A stretch of 59,711 nucleotides of DNA. It comes from Malacoraja senta. Lineage: Eukaryota. Below are positions 1 to 11,300 of the stretch, piece after piece; the first letter of the stretch is position 1, and each line of letters opens with the position of its first letter. The position numbers and the translations under genes were made by a program. The notes below the pieces were generated by a model, which worked only from the letters and a program-made list of their open reading frames with translations, was not told the origin of the DNA and searched no databases. The DNA is taken from positions 1 through 59,711 of the forward strand of contig JAXLNO010000661.1 of NCBI GenBank assembly GCA_038087875.1, written 5' to 3'.

Positions 1-92
1 TTTTTAAGAGCCCTATCTAATTCTCTTTTGAAAGCATCCAGAGAACCGGCCTCCACCGCCCTCTGAGACAGAGAATTGCACACTCACCACTC
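1..92 (-). mobile_element. CR1-clade LINE 3' fragment
   Basis: Reverse complement resembles the ORF2 C-terminal region of the other CR1/HER1-like copies (gtggtgagtgtgcaattctctgtctcagagggcggtggaggccggttctctggatgctttcaaaagag). Confidence 0.5.
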
Positions 93-250
93 ATCACTCT
101 CAAGCTTCCACTGAGGTTATCCCAATGGCTTCCTGATGCAAACTATTTTCATTCTTCATCTATTGCATTATCCCCAAACTCTGCCCTTCCAGAACCAGGT
201 TAGCATTCAGCACAGATAAGGGAAATTACTCAGAAAGGTCTTTACACAAG

Positions 251-455
251 AGTAGACAAAAGTGCTGGAGAAACTCAGCGGGTGAGGCAGCATCTATGGA
301 ACGAAGGAAACAGGTAACGTTTCGGGCCGAAACCCTTCTTCAGACTGGAAATAGTTACCCATTTCCTTCGCTCCATAGATGCTGCCTCACCCGCTGAGTT
401 TCTCCAGCATTGTCTACCTTCGATTTTCCAGCATCTGCAGTTCCTTCTTAAACAC
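251..455. mobile_element. Penelope-like pLTR-derived fold-back element with hammerhead core
   Basis: About 251-320 is the reverse complement of about 352-420. The loop holds CTGAAGA-AGGGTTTCGGCCC-GAAACGTT on the minus strand, the same sequence as the 3' end of the GIY-YIG element at 17870-17967. Confidence 0.75.
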
Positions 456-482
456 TTTACAGAAGAGTGCAGCTCCTAGCAG

Positions 483-725
483 CAGAAGTAGGCCATTCGG
501 CCCATCATGTCTACTCCGCCATTCTATCATGGCCGATCTATCTTTCCCTCTCAACCCCATTTTCGTGCCTTCTCCCCGTAACCCCCCGACACCCGCACTA
601 ATCAAGAATCTATCACTCTCCGCCTTAAAACTATCCATTGACTTGGCCTCCACCCCGTCTGCCGCAATGAATTCCACATATTCACCACCCTCTGTCTAAA
701 GAAATTCCTCCTCATCTCCTTTCTA
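483..725 (-). mobile_element. CR1-clade LINE 3' fragment
   Basis: Minus-strand translation VEAKSMDSFKAESDRFLI matches CR1 ORF2 C-termini; 3' UTR motif gggccgaatggcctacttctg. Confidence 0.7.
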
Positions 726-892
726 AAGGTAAAGGTAAAGCTGGGGGAAGAACGCACTACAATGGCCGCCATATCCAATCATCCCTGATATTCCTCTTTC
801 TCTCCCTCCCCACGCAAGGTGCCCTTCACACTTCCCTCCTGAAGCAGAGGCCAATTGTTGCAAATGAGAGTCCACCCCTTCTGGTCCAGACG

Positions 893-1088
893 GTCGACGC
901 AGAAAGCGGAGTAACTCAGCGGGACAGGCAGCATCTCTGGAGAGAAGGAATGAGACTGAAGAAGGGTCTTGATCCGAAACGTCACCCATTCCTTCTCTCC
1001 AGAGATGCTGCCCGTCCCGCTGAGTTACTCCAGCAGTTTGTGTCTATCTTCGATTTAAACCAGCATCTGCAGTTCTTTCCCACACACG
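893..1088. mobile_element. Penelope-like pLTR-derived fold-back element with hammerhead core
   Basis: Arms at about 908-952 and 987-1031 are inverted copies; the loop contains CTGAAGA-AGGGTCTTGATCC-GAAACGTC. Confidence 0.75.
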
Positions 1089-1775
1089 AAATCCAGACGG
1101 TGCCAGGAATGCAACCTATTATCCCCATGTATGGATGGTGTGGCATATATGTACCAAAGCACAGAGACAGGGTGGGGGGAGTTAGTCGGGTTAGTTCAGA
1201 CATACAGCGGTTAATCTCAGCAGCCTCAAGATGGTGCAGGTGAAGTAACAACACACACACACACGCCGGTAGATCCGCGGCCACTGGTTCAGTAGATCGA
1301 TCCAATTATTGACCAACAGGCTGTGGGTGGAATCCGACTGTGACAGACAGACTCCACAGTGAGACACGGTGTCCACAGGAGCGGGTGTTCACTCTGATCA
1401 ATAACTCAGACACAGTGAACTTCACAATGTGAACCCCTCTCTCCCAGTCACGCCGTCCCGGAGAGCTGCCTCCCTACCTGCCTACCTGCCTGTCCCGAGC
1501 ACTGGGACAACTCTGGGCAAGGTCCCACTGAAGGCAAGAACAACATTCTAGTGGCTCCCGGCCGGCAGCAGTGAGAGAAAAAGAGGCTTAGTTTCAGCTG
1601 TCTGGAAATAAGAAAAATCACAGCGTTAATTCACAAATATTTCACTGAGAGGATTGATATACTTCACATATTCTTGTACAACGATCATCAGTTGGGAACT
1701 TGTAACATGATGAGAATCAGGTCAACACCAGTTAACACACGGAGTTATAAAACTTGAATAGTTCTGCTCACTTAC

Positions 1776-1851
1776 CAGGGACTCCAACGGCAGCAATGAT
1801 CGCGTACACGATTCCCTCCACACGCCGATATTCATAAAGATGCTGCCCCAT
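1776..1851 (-). CDS. First coding exon of a GPR139/GPR142-like class A GPCR (copy 1); downstream exon lies outside the window
   Basis: 76-nt exon MGQHLYEYRRVEGIVYAIIAAVGVP followed by a G|GTAAGT phase-1 donor. It matches the TM1 start and the intron position after G-x-P known for GPR139 and the expanded chondrichthyan GPR139-like receptors. No exon 2 seen in 1-1775. Confidence 0.75.
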
Positions 1852-2824
1852 TCTCTCTTCCCAGCGACGTGTCCCCGTGAGCTGCCGGTAATGTCTCGGA
1901 ATGAAATGCTGAGGCAGAACATTCCTGGAGATTTTATACCATTTTCCGCCTCCACCGGGACAGTGAAGTTTCAACATAGTTTAAAAATAGAGATGTTGAA
2001 ATGATTCACAAATAGATGACATCAGCCGAGTGAAATCCCTGCTGAGCCAGGTTGTGATTTATTCAGGGAATTGATTGAGAAACTCCAAAGACTGGGAATT
2101 GTGGCGATAGATACTGAGGGATGGAAATTGGGAGAGGCGGCATTGTTCCAGCAAAGGGAATATTGTTTCAAACTCCACCAGATCCAACTCACTACCTTAT
2201 GTTGTTTGTCTGATTTCCTTCAATCCGTTTCACTCAGCAAGGCAATGCCAAATTCCAGGGACCCTCTCAGGGCTTCTGGTGCCCAGTTTGAAGGTGGACT
2301 GGACTGGGCGACCTTTGTCCACAGGTTGAGGAATTAGTTCAACATATCGCCTCGGACTAAAATGCCCCCCATCCCACCACTCTGCTTCACCACTCAATAT
2401 GATCGCGGCTTCACTCACTGACTGTGACCCCAACCCCACACTCCCGCTGACTGACCCCGGGAACCATTCACTCCCTGCTTGCCTGGAATAGATCTGACTA
2501 TACCATGGGACAATAACATTCTCTGCCTTCATCACCTCTGAGGAGGAACGACCCAAAGGCTCACGACACTCAGAGAAGAGAAACATTGCCGCCTCAGGAT
2601 TGTCCTCAACCCAAATAAAACGGCGAATGATGCAGCACCTCTCCCTCCTCTCTTTCTCTCTCCCTCCATCCTCACTGCTGTCACTCTCTCTGAACTGTTA
2701 CTCTCTCTCCTACGCTCTCTATTCCCCCTCTCTGGGCTGCCCTCTCTCCGCCCACTGATGGAGTGACACACAGTGGGATATTACTGATGGAGGGATAAAA
2801 ATGGGGCAGAACTGACGCAGTGAC

Positions 2825-3072
2825 AGACTGTGGTGGTACTGATGGAGGGGCACACTGTGGTGGTACTGATGGAGGGACACACTGTGGTGGTACTGATGGA
2901 GGGACACACTGTGGTGGTACTGATGGAGGGACACACTGTGGTGGTACTGATGGAGGGACACACTGTGGTGGTACTGATGGAGGGACACACTGTGGTGGTA
3001 CTGATGGAGGGACACACTGTGGTGGTACTGATGGAGGGACACACTGTGGTGGTACTGATGGAGGGACACACA
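2825..3072. repeat. 27-bp minisatellite (cactgtggtggtactgatggagggaca), about 9 copies
   Basis: Near-perfect tandem units read directly. Confidence 0.95.
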
Positions 3073-3516
3073 TGTGGAGTAGTACTGATAGCGTGACACA
3101 CTGTGGGGTAGTAATCTGGGCTAGTACTTATAGTGACAGATTTTCATATCGTTTCAAGGATTCTTTCCTTTAGTCACTCTGATTGAAGACACGGGTTCAG
3201 GAGATAATCGAAACGCATTCGAGAGCTCTCCCCGAGACATTCAATGCCGTCGAAAGGGAAATCTTCCAAACACAGTCTCTTGATTAATAGTGTCTTTATT
3301 GTAGTAGTAAAAACAGTAAGATATTCATCCAAACCTCTTCTTGTATAAGTACACTAGACTAAGTGAGACCCGTTGGGTCCCAGCTTCACACGCGAGGGCT
3401 GGTCCCCCAAATAAATTTTCCACCTCTCCACCAATTCCAATATTGCTGGCCAGTGGGGGGAGGGGGGGGGGGCTTGTGCAGAGCTAACATCGGTTTTGTG
3501 GTCCGAATGGATTCTT

Positions 3517-3686
3517 GGGCTGGCAGCTCAGAAACTCAGGCCTGGTGGGCTGGCAGCTCATAAACTCAGGCCTGGTGGGCTGGCAGCTCATAAACTCAGG
3601 CCTGGTGGGCTGGCAGCTCAGAAACTCAGGCCTGGTTGGCTGGCAGCTCAGAAACTCAGGCCTGGTTGGCTGGCAGCTCAGAAACT
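3517..3686. repeat. 30-bp minisatellite (gggctggcagctcagaaactcaggcctggt), about 5.5 copies
   Basis: Tandem units read directly. Confidence 0.95.
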
Positions 3687-4213
3687 GCCAGAAATTGTGC
3701 TGAAAACAGGCGACAGAGTCTCTGTGAGATAGAAGGGGAGAGGGTGGACAATCAATTTTAGACATTTTCATCTTTTTTCATATCACAGCAATGAAGGAGG
3801 AAAGTCTATCCTTGCGTGGATCTCTGGAGCGCTAGTATGGGTGTTGTGGGCTGAAGAGACTGGTTTCCAGTGGGCTAGTATGGACATTGTGGACTGAATG
3901 GATTCTTGGACTTGCAGTTAGGTGAGTCATGGCTGGTGGGCTGGCATTAAGTCACTTACAGCTGGTGTGGTGACAGTTCAATCAGTTACCACTCCTCCCT
4001 TCACTCCACTACTCTGCTCCTTGCCATTCCCCTCCCCCACGCATTCAGTGCATCTCCCCTCAACCGCCCCCCTCCCCCAGGCACTCTTAGTGGCTCTCTG
4101 ACAGCGCAGCCATTCCTGCCCATTAGGTACCCATTGTGATCAAGAACACGCCGACATGGCAAGTGGAAACATGATTTATTAAAGTTTAAAATGTGAACGA
4201 GTCTTAAAACATT

Positions 4214-4480
4214 GCAAGTCCAACCTCACAGCACTCCAAGCAGAGTGCAGGCAGCAAGTCCAACCTCACAGCATTCCAAGCAGAATGCAGGCAGCAAGTC
4301 CAACCTCACAGCATTCCAAGCAGAATGCAGACAGCAAGTCCAACCTCACAGCATTCCAAGCAGAATGCAGGCAGCAGGTCCAACCAGACACCAAGCAGAG
4401 TGCAGGCGGCAAGTGCAACCTCACAGCACTTCAAGCAGAGTGCAGGAAGTAAGTCCAACGTCACAGCACTCCAAGCACTC
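4214..4480. repeat. 40-bp minisatellite (gcaagtccaacctcacagcattccaagcagaatgcaggca)
   Basis: Units start at 4214, 4254, 4294 and 4334, then degenerate. Confidence 0.9.
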
Positions 4481-4484
4481 CAAC

Positions 4485-4768
4485 AGAGACACACACATAC
4501 AGACACACACATACACAAACACACACACAGAGACACACACACAGGAACACACGCACAGAGACACACACACACACAGACACACACAGAGAGGCACACACAG
4601 AGAGTCACACAGGGACACACACACAGGGACACACACACAGGGACACACACACAGGGACACACACAGGAACACACACACAAAAACACACACACACACACAA
4701 ACACAAAGACACACACACAGACACACACACAAACACAAAGAAACACACACACACACACAAACACAAAG

Positions 4769-4805
<37 letters not shown>

Positions 4806-4840
4806 TACAGACACACAAACACAGACACACACTCACACAC
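4485..4840. repeat. Imperfect (CA)n microsatellite
   Basis: Read directly; mirrored by (TG)n at 58177-58515. Confidence 0.95.
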
Positions 4841-5176
4841 AGCACCAATACTAAAATGCCAAGTAACTTCAGAATGTGGTAAGCAAACTGAATCCTGTTA
4901 CTAACGGTTCAGGGCGGTGTCTCCACTATACCCTTCCGCACTGAGCGCCACCTCTGAACTCACCGGAAATGACGCAATCAGCACCATCTCTCCACTAAGC
5001 GGAAGTCACGGAATGAGCGGCAATTTTGCATTAAACACAGTCCTGATCTAATAAAACGTTTATTCACTGTTTTTCCTTCCAAAAACGGTTGCACAGCAAG
5101 CCACATTAAAACGCAAGCCACATTAAAACGCAAGCCACATTTATAAAGCAAATCACATTTTTAAATATAGGCACAG

Positions 5177-5328
5177 TTTAGCGGCACAGTCAAAAGGCAC
5201 ACTTTCCATTTAGCGGCACAGTCAAAAGGCATCCTTTCCAATTAGCGGCACAGTCAAAAGGCACACTTTTCAATTAGCGGCACAGTCAAAAGGCACACTT
5301 TTCAATTAGCGAGACAGTCAAAAGGCAC
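5177..5328. repeat. About 33-bp minisatellite (ttagcggcacagtcaaaaggcacactttcca)
   Basis: 4-5 tandem units; mirrored at about 57690-57840. Confidence 0.85.
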
Positions 5329-8300
5329 GTAAAACATTTATTCCTTCCAAACACAGTTCCAAATAAACCACATAAAAGCACATAAAACCACACTCACAGT
5401 TTAGTAGACATGTGTTCAGTGTTCAGTTTATTCACTGCTCAGACTGAGAGTCGTGACCTCTCCCTCCCCCATCTTGCAGCGACTGCGGCAAGTCCACACA
5501 TCCGGGTTTATAGTCCTTCCCCCTCCCACCGGATGGGGCGTGGCCTCCATTGCATGATTGACAGAAGAGAGAATTTCAACTTTATTTAAACATTAATAAA
5601 TCTTATCCTTTTCATCGATGGGAAAAATCCTCTGGCCCTGACAGCTGGAGGGGGACTGAGTAATATGGCCAAAAATCGAAGCCGTAAGTGGTAGTGAATT
5701 TCTAAAAACAATATACAGTGCAAACAGGAAGTGGTCAAGATTTGACTTTTAATCACTTGCCTATGCATTTTCAAAGCAACCGCACGTGCCTTTGCATTTT
5801 TAAAGCAACCGCACTTGCCTTTGCGTGTTCAAAGCAACCTCACTTGCCTTTGCATTTTCAAAGCAATCCACCTTTTGCATTATCAAAGCAAACGACCTGT
5901 TGCGTTTTCAAAGCAAAACACCTTTTCCATTTTCAAAGCAAACCACCATTTGCATTTTCAAAGCAAACCTATTTGCATTTTCAAAGCAAACCATCTTTTG
6001 CATTTTCAAAGCAAACCACCTTTTCAAAGCAAACCACCTTTTGCATTTTCAAAGCAAACCACCTTTTTTCATTTTCAAAGCAAACCACCTTTTGCATTTT
6101 CAAAACAAACCACCTTCTGCATTTTCAAAACGAACCACATTTTGCATTTTCAAAGCAAACCACCTTTTGCATTTTCAAAGAAAAACATTTTTCGCATTTT
6201 CAAAGCAAACCACCTTTTGCATTTTCAAAACAAAACACCTTCACCATTTTCAAAGCAAACCACCTTTTGCATTTGCAAAGCAAACCACCTTTTGCATTTT
6301 CAAAGCAAACCACTTTTTGCAGTTTCAAAGCAAATGATCTTTTGCATTTACAAAGCAAACCTCCTTAAGCATTTTCAAAGCAAACCACCTTTTCAAAGCG
6401 AACCACCTTTGCATTTTCAAAGCAAACCATCTTTTGCATTTTCAAAGCAAGCCATTTTGCATCTTAAAAAAGCAAACCATTTTTTGCATTTTCAAAGCAA
6501 ACCACCTTATGCATTTTCAAAGCAAACCACCTTTTCAAAGCAAACCACCTGTTGCATTTTCAAAGCAAACAACCTTTTGCATTTTCAAAGCAAACCACCT
6601 TTTGCATTTTCAAAACAAACCACCTTTTGCATTTTCTAAACAAATCACCTTTTGAATTTTCAAAGCAAACCACCATTGCATTTTCAAAGCCCACCACCTT
6701 TTGCATTTTCAAAGTAAACCACATTTTGCATTTTCAATGCAAACCAGCAAACCACGTTTTGCATTTTCAAAGCAAACCACTTTTTGCAATTTCAAAGCAA
6801 ACCACCTTTTGCATTTTCAACGCAAACCAACTTATGTATTTTCAAAGCAAACCACCATTTCTAAGCAAACCACCTTTTGCATTTTCAAAGCAAACCACCT
6901 TTTGTATTTTAAAAGCAAACCACCTTTTGCATTTTAAAAGCAAACCACCTTTTGCATTTTCAAAGCAAACCACCTTTTGCATATTAAAAGCAAGCCACCT
7001 TTTGCATTTTCAAAGCAAACCACCTTTTGTATTTTCAAAGCAAACCACCTTTTGCATTTATAAAGCAAACCACTTTTTGCAATTTCGAAGCAAACCACCT
7101 TATGCATTTTCGAAGCAAACCAATTTTTCCATTTTCAAAGCAAACCATCTACTGTATTTTAAAAGCAAACCTTTTTGCAGATTTAAAGCAAACCACCTTT
7201 CGTTTTTTCAAAGCAAACCATCTTTTGCATTTTCAAAGCAAACCGCCTTTTGCGATTTAAAAGCAAACCACCTTTTGCATTTTCAAAGCAAACCACCTTT
7301 TGCATTTTCAAAGCGAACCACTTTTTGCATTTTCAAAGCAATCCACCTTTTATATTTTCAAAGCAAAGTACCTCTTCAAAGCAAACCACCTTTTGCATTT
7401 TCAAAGCAAATCTCCTTTTGCATTTTCAAAATAAACTACCTCTTGCATTTTCAACACAAACCTTTTGCATTTTCAAAGCAAACCACCTTTATCATTTTCA
7501 AAGAAAACCACCTTTTGCATTTTCAAAGCAAACCACCTTTGCTTTTCCAAAGAAAACCACCTTTTGCATTTTCAAAGCAAACCACCTTTTGCATTTTCAA
7601 AGCAAAGCACCTTTTGCATTTCCCTTGAAAACTAGCTTTTGCATTTTCAATGCAAACCAGCAAACCATCATTTGCATTTTCAAAGCAAACGACCTTTTGC
7701 ATTTTCAAAGCAAACGACCTTTTGCATTTTCAAAGCAAACCACCTTTTTCATTTTCAAAGCAAACCACCTTTTGCATTTTCAATGCAAACCAGCAAACCA
7801 ACTTTTGCATTTTCAAAGCAAACGACCTTTTGCATTTTCAAAGCAAACCACCCTTTTCATTTTCAAAGCAAACCACCTTTTGCATTTTCAAAGCAAACCA
7901 CCATTTGCAATTTCAATGCAAACCACCTTTTGCATTTTCAAAGCAAACCACCTTTTGCATTTTCAAAGCAAACCACCTGTTACAATTTCAAATAAAACCA
8001 CCATTTGCATTTTCAAAGCAAACCACCTTTTTCATTTTAAAAGCAAACCACCTTTTGCATTTTCAAAGCAAACCACCATTTGCATATTAAAAGCAAGCCA
8101 CTTTTTTGCATTATCAAATCAAACCACGTTTTGTATTTTCAAAGCAAACCACCTTTTGCATTTTCAAAGCAAACCTCCTTTTGCTTTTTTAAAGCAGACC
8201 ACTTTTTTTGCAATTTCGAAGCAAACCACCTTTTGCGTTTTCAAACAAACCACTTTTTCCATTTTCAAAGCAAACCATCTACTGCATTTTTAAAGCAAAC

Positions 8301-11300
8301 CTTTTTGCATTTTCAAAGCAAACCACCTTTTGCATTTTCAAAGCAAACTACCTTTTCCATTTTCAAAGCAAACCATCTACTGCATTTTTAAAGCAAACCG
8401 TTTAGCACTTTCATAGCAAACCACCATTTGCATTTTCAAAGCAAATCTCCTTATGCATTTTTAAAGCAAACCAACTTTTGCTTTTTCTAAGCACCCCACC
8501 TTTTGCATTTTCAAAGCAAACGACCGTTTGCATTTTCAAAGCAAACCATCTTTTGCATTTTCAAAGCAAACCACTTTTTTTTAATGTAAAAGCAAACCAC
8601 CTTTTCCATTTTCAAAGCAAACCACGTTTTGCGTTTTCAAAGCAAACCTTTTGGCATTTTCAAAGCAAACCACCTTTTGCATTTTCAAAGCAAACCTTTT
8701 GGCATTTTCAAATCAATCCACCTTTTGCATTTTCGAAGCAAACCACCTTTTGCATTTCCATTAAAAAGCAGCTTTTGCATTTTCGATGCAAACCAGCAAA
8801 CCACCTTTTGCATTTTCATAGCAAACGACCTTTTGCATTTTCAAAGCAAACGACCTTTTGCATTTGCAAAGCAAACGACCGTTTGCATTTTCAAAGCAAA
8901 CCACCTTTTGTATTTTAATAGCAAACCACCTGTTGCAATTTCAAAGCAAACCAACTTTTCCATTTTCAAAGCAAACCACTTTTTGCATTTTCAAAGTAAA
9001 CCACCTTTTGCATTTTCAAAGCAAACCACCTTTTGCGTTTTAAAAGCAAACCACCTTTTGTATTTTCAAAGCAAACCACCATTTGCATATTAAAAGCAAG
9101 CCACTTTTTTCAATTTCAAATCAAACCACGTTTTGCAATTTCAAAGCAAAGCACCTTTTGCATTTTCAAAGCAAACCACGTTTTGCAATTTCAAAGCAAA
9201 CCATTTGGCATTTTCAAAGCAATCCACCTTTTGTCTTTTCGAAGCAAACTACCTTTTGAAAGCAAACCACCTTTTGCATTTTAAAAGCAAACCAACTTTT
9301 CCATTTTCTAAACAAATCATCTTTTGCATTTTCAAAGCAAACCACCTTTTGCATTTCCATTAAAAAGCAGCATTTGCATTTTCAATGCAAACCAGCAAAC
9401 CACCTTTTGCACTTTCAAAGCAAACCACCTTTTACATTTTCAAAGCAAACCACCATTTGCATTTTCAAAGCAAACCACCTTTTGCATTTTAAAGACAAAC
9501 CACGTTTTGCATTTTCAATGCAAATGACCATTTGCATATTAAAAGCAAGGCACCTTTTGCATTTTCAATGCAAACCACCTTTTGCATTTTCAAAGCAAAC
9601 CACCTTTTGCATTTTCACGGCAAACCACCTTTTGCATTTTCAAAGCAAACCACCTTTTCCATTTTCTAAACATATCATCTTTTGCATTTTCAAAGCAAAC
9701 CACCTTTTGCATTTCCATTAAAAAGTAGCGTTTGCATTTTCAATGCAAACCAGCAAACCACCTTTTGCATTTTCAAAGCAAACCACCTTTTACATTTTCA
9801 AAGAAAACCACCATTTGCATTTTCAAAGCAAACCGCCTTTTGGCATTTTATAGCAAACCACCTTTTGCATTTTCAAAGCAAACCAACTTTTGCATTTTCA
9901 AAGCAAACCTCCTTATCCATTTTCAAAGCAAACCACCTTTTGCATTTTCAATGCAAACAAGCAAACCAACTTTTGCATTTTCAAAGCAAACCACCTTTTG
10001 CATTTTCAAAACAAACGACATTTTGCATTTTCAAAGCAAACGAAATTTTGAATTTTCAAAGCAAACCGCCTTTTGGCATGTTATAGCAAACCACCTTTTG
10101 CATTTTCAAAGCAAACCACCATTTGCATTTTCAAAGCAAACCACTTTTTTCAATTTCAAAGCAAACCACCTTTTGCATTTTCATTGCAAACCACCTTTTT
10201 AGCATTTTAAAAGCAAACCACCTTTTGCATTTTCAAAGCAAACCACCTTTTGCATTTCCATTAAAAAGCAGCTTTTGCATTTTCAATGCAAACCAGCAAA
10301 CCACATTTTGCATTTTCAAAGCAAACGGCCTTTTGCATTTTCAAAGCAAACGACCTTTTGCATTTTCAAAGCAAACGACCGTTTGCATTTTCAAAGCAAA
10401 CCATCTTTTGCATTTTCAAAGCAAACCACTTTTTTTAAAATGTAAAAGCAAACCACCTTTTCCATTTTCAAAGCAAACCACGTTTTGCATTTTCAAAGCA
10501 AACCTTTAGGCATTTTCAAAGCAAACCACCTTTTGCATTTTCAAAGCAAACCTGTTGGCATTTTCAAAGCAATCCACCTTTTGCATTTTCGAAGCAAACT
10601 ACCTTTTCAAAGCAAACCACCGTTTGTATTTTAATAGCAAACCACCTGTTGCAATTTCAAAGCAAACCACCTTTTCCATTTTCAAAGCAAACCACTTTTT
10701 GCATTTTCAAAGTAAACCACCTTTTGCATTCTCAAAGCAAACCACCTTTTGCATTTTCATTGCAAACCACCTTTTTAGCATTTTAAAAGCAAACCACCTT
10801 TTGCATTTTCAAAGCAAACCACCTTTTGCATTTCCATTAAAAAACAGCTTTTGCATTTTCAATGCAAACCAGCAAACCACATTTTGCATTTTCAAAGCAA
10901 ACGGCCTTTTGCATTTTCAAAGCAAACGACCTTTTGCATTTTCAAAGCAAACGACCGTTTGCATTTTCAAAGCAAACCATCTTTTGCATTTTCAAAGCAA
11001 ACCACTTTTTTAAAAATGTAAAAGCAAACCACCTTTTCCATTTTCAAAGCAAACCACGTTTTGCATTTTCAAAGCAAACCTTTTGGCATTTTCAAAGCAA
11101 ACCACCTTTTGCATTTTCAAAGCAAACCTGTTGGCATTTTCAAAGCAATCCACCTTTTGCATTTTCGAAGCAAACTACCTTTTCAAAGCAAACCACCGTT
11201 TGTATTTTAATAGCAAACCACCTGTTGCAATTTCAAAGCAAACCACCTTTTCCATTTTCAAAGCAAACCACTTTTAGCATTTTCAAAGTAAACCACCTTT

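Larger units (their letters stand above)
3354..5750 (-). mobile_element. Non-autonomous Helitron-like element carrying several internal tandem arrays
   Basis: Minus strand ends in hairpin GGGACCC-AAC-GGGTCTC, then ACTTAGT and CTAG|T at 3357-3353, the typical Helitron 3' end. The opposite boundary is approximate and runs into the satellite. Confidence 0.55.

Noticed and set aside
1722..1955. 77-aa ORF conserved in both arms (59253-59486)
   Set aside because: Conservation reflects the recent duplication; the GPCR-like exon is in a different frame with a proper donor site.
2681..3173. Repetitive ORFs in all frames (HCGGTDGGT and others)
   Set aside because: 27-bp minisatellite whose unit is a multiple of 3 with no stops.
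4212..4904. His/Thr- and Cys/Val-rich ORFs, also at 58164-58707
   Set aside because: (CA)n/(TG)n microsatellite translations.
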